Positions 36,571 through 44,827 of a DNA stretch of 63,947 nt are shown piece by piece (within the stretch, counting starts at the first letter, position 1; each line of letters starts with the position of its first letter). The notes beneath the pieces are model-generated. The model was not told the origin of the DNA. It saw only the letters and a list, made by a program, of their open reading frames with translations, and made no database searches. The position numbers and the translations under genes are program-made. The stretch lies in IMG/VR virus record IMGVR_UViG_3300045932_000268, positions 1-63,947 of that record; one strand, given 5' to 3'. This DNA is from a virus. Lineage: Duplodnaviria > Caudoviricetes.

Positions 36571-37515
36571 ATGAGTGCCGACATTCACCCGTTTCCCACA
36601 CCCGCAGAGCCTGCCGAGCCGGCGCCGACCCTAACGCCGGCGGACCGCTGGCGCATTGGCGAAGCCAAAGCCAAAGCGATCGAAGCCACCCGCCCCGCCT
36701 GGGCGCAAGCCGTGATCGTCGCCGAGCTCGAGGAGAGCCGTTGCGACTCCATGAGCGACTATTTCAACTCCGAAACCATGCGCCGCGTGGTGCTCGCCTG
36801 GTCAAAGCACAAGCGCGATCTGTTTCCGGAGCTCCGCGCGGCCGCGGCCACGTTCGAAGAGACCGCCGACCTCGGCCCGGGCTGCGACATCTACCGCGCC
36901 CGAATCGTGCTCGGCGCCGACGTCGTAACGCACGGTACCTATTACTCAAAGGGCCAGCATTCACCCTGGCATACGGAACCGTTCGCGGACGATGAGAAGT
37001 ACGGCCGCGGCAAACGGTTTACCACCCGAGCAGCCGCGGACGCGTTTGTGAGCGCGAACGCGGCCGCCGCGCACCCGATCGAAATGCAGACGGCCGCCGG
37101 TCCCGTCGTCGTCCCGTTCGAATGGCAGATCACCCACGAATCGATCGAACACCGTGAGAAGTACTCGATGGGACACGGGTACTACCTAAGCGCCGGCGGG
37201 CGGTACTCCGGCTGGCAGGTGCGCAAGACCTGGACCGTCGACGGGCATCCGAACCTCGAGAGCCGGATCGGCGCCTCGGCGCCGGCCCCCGCGGCCGCCC
37301 CGGTCGCCGGCGCCGTTGACGGGATCACCGTGAGCCGAAACGCCGAGCGGAGCGGCCTCGAGATCCGCTTTCCGTCCAAGCCCGACGACGCCACCCGCGA
37401 TCGCCTCAAGGCCGCCGGCTGGCGGTGGTCGCGGTTTTCTTCCTGCTGGTATACGCGCGACTCGGCCGCGGCGCGGACGTTTGCCGCCGAGCTCACGGGC
37501 AGAGCGATCGAATAA
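36571..37515 (+). CDS. Polyvalent-protein-type early protein
   Basis: DSMSDYF...EHREKYSMGHGYYL plus C-terminal GLEIRFPSKPD...LKAAGWRWS...WY, motifs recalled from conjugative-element and phage leading-region proteins. Confidence 0.6.
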   Translation: MSADIHPFPTPAEPAEPAPTLTPADRWRIGEAKAKAIEATRPAWAQAVIVAELEESRCDSMSDYFNSETMRRVVLAWSKHKRDLFPELRAAAATFEETADLGPGCDIYRARIVLGADVVTHGTYYSKGQHSPWHTEPFADDEKYGRGKRFTTRAAADAFVSANAAAAHPIEMQTAAGPVVVPFEWQITHESIEHREKYSMGHGYYLSAGGRYSGWQVRKTWTVDGHPNLESRIGASAPAPAAAPVAGAVDGITVSRNAERSGLEIRFPSKPDDATRDRLKAAGWRWSRFSSCWYTRDSAAARTFAAELTGRAIE

Positions 37516-37574
37516 CCCCCGGGCCGGCGTGCACGTGGGCGCCGGCCCCCGTTGCCCCTTTCGAGGAGGGCGCC

Positions 37575-37781
37575 ATGCCGACCCGTTACGACCGGATGAA
37601 GACCGAAGACTTCGATCGGCTGCTCGCCGAAGAGATGGATCGCGCCAATGCCAAAGCAAGCGATCTCCTGACGATCCCCGGGATCTACGACATCGTCAGC
37701 GAGTACTACAACAACGCGGTGCTCGAAGCCTGGGATCTCGAGCAGGAACGCGACGAGGAGGAAACCCGCGATGAGGCCTGA
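37575..37781 (+). CDS. Small acidic protein
   Basis: GAGGAGG SD; LLTIPGIYDIVSEYYNNAVLEAW. Confidence 0.65.
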   Translation: MPTRYDRMKTEDFDRLLAEEMDRANAKASDLLTIPGIYDIVSEYYNNAVLEAWDLEQERDEEETRDEA

Positions 37782-38025
37782 TCCCCTGGTCGTGCTGCTC
37801 GGCGCCGAGGGGGTGTCCGAGCTCGAGGGCCAGTCCTGGTTGCGGGAGGCGTCCGCCGACGAAACGGCCGCCTTTGTCGCCGGGCTCGGCCTGGCGCCCG
37901 AGGCCAATCCGTTTCTCGATCGGCTCGGCCGCCCGTACTGGGCCATGGTCCTGATGCCGGACGCGCCCGAACCGCTGCGCGCGAAAGCTCGACGGTATCA
38001 GCGCCTCGTACGGCTCACGGACTAG
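37771..38025 (+). CDS. Hypothetical protein
   Basis: 84 aa overlapping the upstream gene. Confidence 0.55.
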   Translation: MRPDPLVVLLGAEGVSELEGQSWLREASADETAAFVAGLGLAPEANPFLDRLGRPYWAMVLMPDAPEPLRAKARRYQRLVRLTD

Positions 38026-38116
38026 CGGGAGGGCTCCCTAGCCTTGCCCCCGCGACGATCGCATCACCTGGGCGTCGGCATGGCCCGCCGGCGCCCATTT
38101 CATAGGAGATGGCCCA

Positions 38117-38293
38117 ATGGACGACCACGAACGCGAATTAGCACGCAAGCTGTACGACCTGCACTTGGAATTGTTCACCCAGCAAGGCGAGGAAATAGCC
38201 GCCTTGCGGCAGGCCATCGCGGCACTCGCCCGCAGTCACGACACCTTAGGCGAAGTGTTCAAGATCGTCGGCCAACTGGTACGCCCGAGCTAA
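38117..38293 (+). CDS. 58-aa helical protein (not in the ORF track)
   Basis: AGGAG SD; MDDHERELARKLY...IAALRQAIAALARSHDTLGEVFKIV. Confidence 0.55.
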   Translation: MDDHERELARKLYDLHLELFTQQGEEIAALRQAIAALARSHDTLGEVFKIVGQLVRPS

Positions 38294-38320
38294 CCCCAAC
38301 CCCAAGGAGACCCCGCCGCC

Positions 38321-38932
38321 ATGAGCTACCGAGACCGCCGTTTACGCCGCGCCGCGCGCCTCCGTGATTGGGCCGAGCGCCGGCAGAACAAAGCCGCGGC
38401 CGCCTTCGCGACCGCCAAACAGACCGCCGACGGGATCCCGTTCGGGCAACCGATCCTGGTCGGGCACCATTCCGAGCGCCACGCGCGCCGCGATCAAGAC
38501 CGCATCCACCGCAACATGACCGCCGGCCTCGAGCACGAACGCAAGGCCGCGGACATGAGCCGCCGCGCCGACGAAATCGAGCGCCAGGCTGACGCCGCCA
38601 TCTACGACGACGACCCCGACGCGATCGATCGCCTGAAAGCCCGCATTGCCGAGCTCGAGGCCGAGCGCGCCCGCTGTAAAGCCATTAACGCCATGCTGCG
38701 CAAGCACGGCCCCGCGGCGTTGACCGCCGGCACCCACCTCGATCCGCCGCTGACCGCCGCGGAGCGAGACGAGATCCTCATGATTGCGCGCGTGCAGCCC
38801 TGGACGGATGCGATCCGTAAGGGCTTCCCGCCGTATCACCTGCAAAACCTTGGCGGGACCATCAACCGGCAGAAAAAGCGCCTGGCCGCGCTCGAGGCCC
38901 AGCCCGCCCCGACGCCTAGTGACGAGAATTAG
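38321..38932 (+). CDS. DUF3560-domain protein
   Basis: IPFGQPILVGHHSERHARRD and IYDDDPDAIDRLK. Confidence 0.85.
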   Translation: MSYRDRRLRRAARLRDWAERRQNKAAAAFATAKQTADGIPFGQPILVGHHSERHARRDQDRIHRNMTAGLEHERKAADMSRRADEIERQADAAIYDDDPDAIDRLKARIAELEAERARCKAINAMLRKHGPAALTAGTHLDPPLTAAERDEILMIARVQPWTDAIRKGFPPYHLQNLGGTINRQKKRLAALEAQPAPTPSDEN

Positions 38933-38961
38933 GTTTTACCGTATAATGTGAGAGAGGACCC

Positions 38962-39228
38962 ATGCCCGCTCCGATCAACATGGCGTTGTATCGCGTGCTG
39001 ATCCAGACAGGTGCCTCCGAGGCGGACGCCGAACAAGCGGCCCGCCTCGAGGCCGGCGATCTCGTCACCAAAGCCGATCTGTTGGCCACGGGGGCCGATC
39101 TGCGAGCCGAGATCCTGAGCCTAGAAGCGCGACTGTCGAAGCACATTACACAAAGTTTGATCTGGCTCACCGCCATTTACGCCGGGCTGACGACGATGAT
39201 TCTGGCGCTGTTTCAGTGGGCCCGATGA
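38962..39228 (+). CDS. DUF1640/CCDC90-like coiled coil with C-terminal TM
   Basis: LYRVL..TGASEADAE...LVTKADL...TM; own promoter ACCGTATAAT near 38938. Confidence 0.6.
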   Translation: MPAPINMALYRVLIQTGASEADAEQAARLEAGDLVTKADLLATGADLRAEILSLEARLSKHITQSLIWLTAIYAGLTTMILALFQWAR

Positions 39229-39239
39229 GGACACCGTAA

Positions 39240-39413
39240 ATGCCACACCCGAAGATGTCGCCCGAAAAAATGACGTACCTGTGGGAAGACGTCCCCCGCG
39301 AGCTCATGCAGAAGGCCAAAGCCAAGGGCCGCGCGCAGGATCCGCCCGTCAGCGTGAAATGGGTGCTCGTCAAGCTGCTGCAACAGTGGGTCGACGGATC
39401 CCGCCGGCTGTAA
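39240..39413 (+). CDS. Small RHH-like protein (not in the ORF track)
   Basis: YLWEDVPRELMQKAKAK...SVKWVLVKLLQQWV. Confidence 0.5.
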   Translation: MPHPKMSPEKMTYLWEDVPRELMQKAKAKGRAQDPPVSVKWVLVKLLQQWVDGSRRL

Positions 39414-39420
39414 GGACGTC

Positions 39421-39516
39421 ATGACCGAGCACACGTGGAACCTCTCATTAGCCGTGCTGCAGGTGCTCGTGGCCCTGGCACTGCTCCTCGTGGCGCTCTA
39501 CCAGTGGATGCGCTAA
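39421..39516 (+). CDS. 31-aa single-TM peptide
   Basis: AAGGA SD; MTEHTWNLSLAVLQVLVALALLLVALYQWMR*. Confidence 0.5.
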   Translation: MTEHTWNLSLAVLQVLVALALLLVALYQWMR

Positions 39517-39576
39517 CGCTCAAGCGGCTCCTGCGGGAGAACCGCCCATGATCTGTCGCGTGTCGCCGCTCGTCGC

Positions 39577-40131
39577 GTGCCCCTCGATCGGTTAACCGCT
39601 GAGCGGCTCGCGTTGGTGTACGCCCTGATGATGGAGTCTGATCCCACGGCGCTTCGTACCGCCCGCCAACTACTCGCCCGGGCCGAGGGGTTATTGACCC
39701 GCAGTGCCCAGGCCCACCAAGAAGCCCAAGACACTGTCTCGGCGCTCCGCGCCCAGATCCCCCAGGCGGCCATGCGCCGCCCACCCGTTACGACGACACG
39801 AGGAGTACCACCCATGACCGATGCCCCGAGTTGTCCCCCCACCGATCCGCTGCCGCCGGCAGAACTCCTGACCTTACTGGAGCAAACGGCGAGCAGCGTA
39901 CGCGACGTCACGATCGAACTCCTCCACGGGGAGGAACCTTATAAGGACACCGCCGCCGCGCTCCGGGAGTTGATCGCCGGCCTCCATGCGACCTTCACGA
40001 GCCACGATCAGCGCATGGCCATCGCTCGCCAAGCGATCCTCGTGCTGAATGAAATGCACGCGCGTCTGCTTCAGGTCATTCCGACGACCGAAGAGCCGGC
40101 CGCGACGCCTGATCCTGCGTCCGACCGCTAA
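39577..40131 (+). CDS. Hypothetical helical protein (possible internal start at 39814)
   Basis: 184-aa ORF; GAGGAG SD before MTDAP. Confidence 0.5.
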   Translation: MPLDRLTAERLALVYALMMESDPTALRTARQLLARAEGLLTRSAQAHQEAQDTVSALRAQIPQAAMRRPPVTTTRGVPPMTDAPSCPPTDPLPPAELLTLLEQTASSVRDVTIELLHGEEPYKDTAAALRELIAGLHATFTSHDQRMAIARQAILVLNEMHARLLQVIPTTEEPAATPDPASDR

Positions 40132-40430
40132 CCCGCCCAGCCACCGACCGGCGTCCGACGGAGATGTTCGTTAGACCGGCGCGCATCTTCGATCGGCGCC
40201 TGGGCCCCGACGTGGAGCAACCGATGCTCCACCGCAAACAGCGTCGCGGCCGCCCGGCTCGACACCCCGATCTTGTCGTAAATGTGCTGGATGTGGTGGC
40301 CCACGGTTTTGGGCGTAATGCCGAGCGCCGCGGCCATCGCGCGGTTGGACCCGCCCCGCACGAGCAGCCGTAAGACCTCGAGCTCACGACCGGTGAGCCG
40401 CCGCGGCACGCTGGACGTCCCTACTGCCAT
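40128..40430 (-). CDS. Stand-alone LuxR-type HTH regulator
   Basis: LTGRELEVLRLLVRGGSNRAMAAALGITPKTVGHHIQHIYDKIGV. Confidence 0.85.
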   Translation of the reverse strand: MAVGTSSVPRRLTGRELEVLRLLVRGGSNRAMAAALGITPKTVGHHIQHIYDKIGVSSRAAATLFAVEHRLLHVGAQAPIEDARRSNEHLRRTPVGGWAG

Positions 40431-40455
40431 TGCCGCACGGCATTATACGGTCGAC

Positions 40456-40629
40456 TTAGGACAACCGAATGTCCCCGAGGAGCCCGCGCGCCAGCCAGAG
40501 CAGCAGGATCACGAGCACGGCGCCCTGGACCCGGCGCTTGATCGGCCGCTCCGCGATCGGATCGGTCTGAACGAGGTAAAGCACCACGCCCACCACGACA
40601 AGCGCCATCAGCAATTCGAGCAGGCCCAT
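40456..40629 (-). CDS. Small 2-TM protein, paralog of 21244-21426
   Basis: MGLLELLMALVVVGVVLYLV...PIK...LVILLLWL...GDI. Confidence 0.65.
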   Translation of the reverse strand: MGLLELLMALVVVGVVLYLVQTDPIAERPIKRRVQGAVLVILLLWLARGLLGDIRLS

Positions 40630-40643
40630 TCCCTCGGCTCCTT

Positions 40644-41063
40644 TCAGTGCCACCGGTCCGCGTCGACGACGCGCGCCGCCAGCGCCGCCCACTCCTCGTA
40701 GAGGCGCCGCGTCGCCGCCTGATCCTCGAGCGACCGGCAGCGCAGCGGCCGCCAATACCGCAGGTAGTGCCACAGGTCCCGTAACAACTCTTGGGCGTCG
40801 CCGACCTCGGGCACGCTGACCGAGTAGTAGCGACCGTACAAATCGCGCCCGTTGCGCTTCCGCTCGAGCCGCACCTGCGGCACGAACAAGAGCCGGACGT
40901 ACCCAAACTGGCGATGGGCGAGGGCCAACCGCTCCTCGTTGATACGCTGGCTCTCCGCGGCCTTGGCCGCCATCCGCCGCTCATGGTTGCGCTTCGCGAT
41001 CGCTTTGACCCGGGCCCACCCGGCGGCGTCCAGCGTTCTCTTCGGTCGGCCCGCGGTGGCCAT
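40644..41063 (-). CDS. Hypothetical protein
   Basis: 139 aa with a GAAGGAG SD. Confidence 0.6.
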   Translation of the reverse strand: MATAGRPKRTLDAAGWARVKAIAKRNHERRMAAKAAESQRINEERLALAHRQFGYVRLLFVPQVRLERKRNGRDLYGRYYSVSVPEVGDAQELLRDLWHYLRYWRPLRCRSLEDQAATRRLYEEWAALAARVVDADRWH

Positions 41064-41124
41064 ACGGCCGTCTCCTTCTCCTGATCGCGATAATGGATCA
41101 GCTTCTAGTACTTCTTCTTCTTAC

Positions 41125-41380
41125 CCGGTTACACCGGGTGACACAGTGACAGGGGGATCTAAAGATCCCCCCCTGTCATGTCACCTGTCACGTGACAAGA
41201 GATCATGACATCGCGTGACAAAGTGTCACGATGTACCGAAGTCCTTGCCGGTGTACCACTTCCGGCGAGAATACCCGTTGAAAATTCGTATACGGTTCAT
41301 GGGGTGTCACGCTCGGATCCCGTGCCTGAGCTTACACGACGCCCGAGACCGTCTCAGACTGTGTCACGCGCGGTGTCACG
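41125..41380. other. Putative replication origin (TGTCAC/GTGACA iterons and inverted repeat)
   Basis: About 10 TGTCAC/GTGACA hexamers and the TGACAGGGGGATCT/AGATCCCCCCCTGTCA imperfect inverted repeat, directly downstream of the primase-helicase. Confidence 0.6.
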
Positions 41381-43383
41381 AGCCGGACCCGGGTCACCTT
41401 GTCGGGGCCCTGGAACCGTTCGAACACCCCGCGGCGCCGTCGGGTGATCTGGATCACGGTGTTCGGTTTCGCGCCGAGCTCCTCCGCCAGGCTGGGGACC
41501 GACATCGCGCCCTGCGTCCGTAACAGCGTCTGCATCCGGTGCCACAACGGCAGGCCGGCGGCCAAGTCGGCCACCGCCTCGACGGCTTGCGGCGTGACCT
41601 GGGTCCGGCGGCCGTCGAAGTCAAAGGTAAATCCCGCCGGCGGGAGCAGGGGGCCCAGATTCGCCTTCCGGTTGAAGAGGCCGATCGTCATCCGGTCCGC
41701 CACGTCCTCGTCAGATCGCTGCACGAACCACGTGGCCCGCGCGAGGTTGTGCCAGAAACTCGAGCCGAAGGGTTTGCGGTCGGCCTGCTCGCTGCGGTTG
41801 GTGTGCGCCAAGTGCAACGAGCCGACGCCGAAACTGCGAATCGCCCGGAAGTAGGCCGTGGTCACTTCGGCGGCTTCCGGCGGCCCGTCACACGCCACGG
41901 CCACCGAATCCACAATCAGGTAGGTAATCCGCTCGCTGCGGATGATCTTGAGCAGCCGGTCCGCCTCGGCGACCAGGGGCCGCTCGCAGGTCACATACCA
42001 AATCGGCGGCTTCTGGGAGCCGAAGAGGCGTGTGAGTCGATCAACGTGCTCGTCCGGCAGGAGTTCCCAATCGGCATAGAGCACCCGCTGGCCTTGTTGC
42101 GCGAGGCGGCCCGCGAGGTAGAGGCTGAGATAACTTTTCGCGCTCCCGCCGTCCCCGAACAGGATCACCGGGTGATGGCAGAGCAGCGCGAGACCCTCGA
42201 TCCGGATCGCGCTGTGGTCGGCCTCGACGTGCGCCGTGGTATCGAGGCGAATCGCCGGTGCCCCAAGGCGCTCCGCTTCGAACACCCGTTCGCAGAATTC
42301 CTCGAGCGCCCCCATCCAATCGATCTCGTCACCGGTCTTGGCTCGCTGGGCGAGCAGTTTGGCGCGCTCGGTCCGCGCCCGGGCGGAGGAGAGATTGAAT
42401 TCCGCCGTCAGCAAGGCCCCGCCCGGCGTCCGACTGGTGCCGGCCACGTCGCAGCGCACCGTCAGCTCGCCGGTCAATTCGTGGTGGTCACGCCGCACCC
42501 GACCCAGTTCGAAGGTAATCCCGGGCGGCAGCCGCGCCCAGAGATAGCCGGTGCCGTCGTCGGTGCGACGAAATGTCGTCAGCGCCGTGTCGGCGACAAC
42601 CGGATCCGGCGGGGCGGCACTTGTCGGCGTCCACCGCGTGGCGGCCCGCGCCAGGGCCAGCACATCCACGGCGGTATGCCCCGCCGCCAGATACACGCTG
42701 AGGTCACCCTTCGGGGGCACACCGGGCAGCACGACGATCCGCGCCTCGAGGCCCGCGCTGTGCACGCTGGCGGCCACCTGTTCGGCATGTGCGCGGCCGG
42801 GCACATCGTTGTCCGGAATGATCGCCACGCGCCGCACCCCCGCGGCGACGAGCTGCGCGGTCAGGTCCTGCGTCCATTTGCCGCAGCCGCCGGCGTTGGT
42901 GGTGGCCGGCAAGCCCACGCTCCACGCCCGGTCGACGTCCTTCTCGCCTTCGAGGGCAAAGATCGCCGTCCGGCCCTTGAGCTCCGGGAGGCGATAGCAG
43001 ACGCGGCGCACGCCGCTCAGGTTGTAGATCCACCCGCCGGCCCCGTCCGGGCGCCGTTGGCGGAAGTCTTTCGGCACGAGCCGGACCGCTTGAGAGAGGA
43101 GGGTGCCCTGCTCGTCGCGATAGTCGTACAGGTCGGTGATCGCCGCTTTGGGCGTGCCGTTCGGCGGGAACAAGGTCGATACGTCCAAGCTGAGGGCGCT
43201 GACAATCGCCTCCGGCGTACACCCCGCATGACAGTGCACGAGCACCCGCCCGTCGTCCCCCTCCCGGACCGCCAGCGAGGCGTGGCGGTCGTCATGGGCG
43301 GGGCACCGGGCCAGCCACTGGCCGCCACTCGGTTTCGCCGTCGACAGGTGCCTCAAGAACGCGTGCAGGGTCTCGCTGGACAT
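41332..43383 (-). CDS. DNA primase-helicase (Zn finger, TOPRIM, RecA/AAA-type ATPase)
   Basis: CPAHDD...CHAGC; EGEKD, PDND; GDGGSAKS, LIVDS. Confidence 0.9.
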   Translation of the reverse strand: MSSETLHAFLRHLSTAKPSGGQWLARCPAHDDRHASLAVREGDDGRVLVHCHAGCTPEAIVSALSLDVSTLFPPNGTPKAAITDLYDYRDEQGTLLSQAVRLVPKDFRQRRPDGAGGWIYNLSGVRRVCYRLPELKGRTAIFALEGEKDVDRAWSVGLPATTNAGGCGKWTQDLTAQLVAAGVRRVAIIPDNDVPGRAHAEQVAASVHSAGLEARIVVLPGVPPKGDLSVYLAAGHTAVDVLALARAATRWTPTSAAPPDPVVADTALTTFRRTDDGTGYLWARLPPGITFELGRVRRDHHELTGELTVRCDVAGTSRTPGGALLTAEFNLSSARARTERAKLLAQRAKTGDEIDWMGALEEFCERVFEAERLGAPAIRLDTTAHVEADHSAIRIEGLALLCHHPVILFGDGGSAKSYLSLYLAGRLAQQGQRVLYADWELLPDEHVDRLTRLFGSQKPPIWYVTCERPLVAEADRLLKIIRSERITYLIVDSVAVACDGPPEAAEVTTAYFRAIRSFGVGSLHLAHTNRSEQADRKPFGSSFWHNLARATWFVQRSDEDVADRMTIGLFNRKANLGPLLPPAGFTFDFDGRRTQVTPQAVEAVADLAAGLPLWHRMQTLLRTQGAMSVPSLAEELGAKPNTVIQITRRRRGVFERFQGPDKVTRVRLVTPRVTQSETVSGVV

Positions 43384-43705
43384 GCGGCCGCCACCTCACG
43401 ACGTCCCGCTGTGCGGGCGGCAATGTAACGCGAATCGGTAAGGCCACGTGCCCACTTCCCAGCGGCGTGACGGTCCACCGCACGGCCTCGTCCGCGTTCC
43501 CCGCGGCCGTCACCCAGCGGCGATCATGCAACCACGTGTGGTGCTCGTGACAGAGCCCGAGAACATTGGTCGGGTCGGTGCGCCGCGCCGGGGCGCGCGA
43601 GCGGAAGACGACATGGTGATGGTCGGTGATCGGCCGGGCACAGAGCGGAAAGCGGCAGGTGCCGTCCCGGCGATCCACGAGCGCATAGCAGCGGGCGAGC
43701 GTCAT
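43292..43705 (-). CDS. HNH endonuclease
   Basis: RDGTCRFPLC...DHHHVVFRS...NVLGLCHEHH. Confidence 0.8.
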   Translation of the reverse strand: MTLARCYALVDRRDGTCRFPLCARPITDHHHVVFRSRAPARRTDPTNVLGLCHEHHTWLHDRRWVTAAGNADEAVRWTVTPLGSGHVALPIRVTLPPAQRDVVRWRPHVQRDPARVLEAPVDGETEWRPVAGPVPRP

Positions 43706-43708
43706 GGC

Positions 43709-44011
43709 TCAGTGCCGGGTACTCGCGGCGTCGGGGTCGATCATCCGTTCGGCGAGCTGCTCCAACAAGTCGCGCAACTGTGCGAGCTCCGGGAGCGGCC
43801 GGCGCGCGTGGTATTCCAGATCCTGGGTCAGCCAGTGCAAGAGGGGGACGAGCACGAGGATGGCGTCCTGTCGGTTGCGCGGCAACAGGTCGATGATCTC
43901 GAGCAGCGCCTCCGCGAGACCATGGTTCCAGACCAGCAGCAGGGCCAGTCGACACGCCTCCGGGGGCGGCGGGGACGGGGACAGGACCGGGGTCCGGCGG
44001 CGGCGGCTCAT
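43709..44011 (-). CDS. Hypothetical protein
   Basis: Start MSRRRR overlapping the upstream stop. Confidence 0.5.
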   Translation of the reverse strand: MSRRRRTPVLSPSPPPPEACRLALLLVWNHGLAEALLEIIDLLPRNRQDAILVLVPLLHWLTQDLEYHARRPLPELAQLRDLLEQLAERMIDPDAASTRH

Positions 44012-44706
44012 GGCACCTCGACCGGTGCCTCGACCGGGTAGAGCGCCTTGAGGGCCACCAGGCGCCGCCGCAGCTCCGCTCGGGCCTCCACGGGGTCCAG
44101 GTCCTGATCGCACAACGCCTCGAGCGCCGGCAGCCCGCCGGCCACGCTGGCCTCGATCTCCGCGCGGGTCGCCGGTCGGCCCGCGGCATACCACGCGACA
44201 CGGTGCGGCGGCCCCATTTCGACCAGCCGCCCGCCGTTGCCGTTGCCCCCCGCGTCCGCCACAAAGACCTGATAGCTCGTCGTGACCCAGACGAGCGTCA
44301 CGCCCGGATTGCGCCGCAGGCCGAAGCCGGCCATCTCCTTCGTCGACTCCGCATTGACCGTCGCATCCTCGCGCCGCACCATGTGCGGGCGGGAGAGGAA
44401 GGGGCAGTTGATCGCCGCCCACGTCGCACAGTCCCGGTGACTGGGCGGTTCGCTCGACGTGCGGTTGACGCCGCACATCGGCCCCACGACGAAGGCCAGA
44501 AACCGTCCGAGCGGCCCGCCGCAGATCCAGCACCGCCGATCCCGGACCGCCAGACTCCACTTAACAACGTCCATGCCCCGGAATTCCGGCGTCCCGTCAG
44601 CCAGCCACGGCACGAACCACGGCACCGGGTAGCCGCGCGCCTCGATCGGGAGCGTGGCGATCCGCTTCGGCAGCGGCCGGGTCAGTTCCGGGCGTAAGCT
44701 CGGCAT
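44008..44706 (-). CDS. Phage hypothetical protein (Zn-binding)
   Basis: YPVPWFV, CWICG, EPPSHRDCA...CPFL. Confidence 0.7.
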   Translation of the reverse strand: MPSLRPELTRPLPKRIATLPIEARGYPVPWFVPWLADGTPEFRGMDVVKWSLAVRDRRCWICGGPLGRFLAFVVGPMCGVNRTSSEPPSHRDCATWAAINCPFLSRPHMVRREDATVNAESTKEMAGFGLRRNPGVTLVWVTTSYQVFVADAGGNGNGGRLVEMGPPHRVAWYAAGRPATRAEIEASVAGGLPALEALCDQDLDPVEARAELRRRLVALKALYPVEAPVEVP

Positions 44707-44827
44707 CAGGTCGTTCTCCTATGGCCAGGCGGCCGAATAGTGCACCACGAGGCGGACGCACCGCCAGAACACCCAGCCGGCGAGCAGCCACGCGCCCACG
44801 CGGAGCAGGACGCGCACCGGGTGCGCC

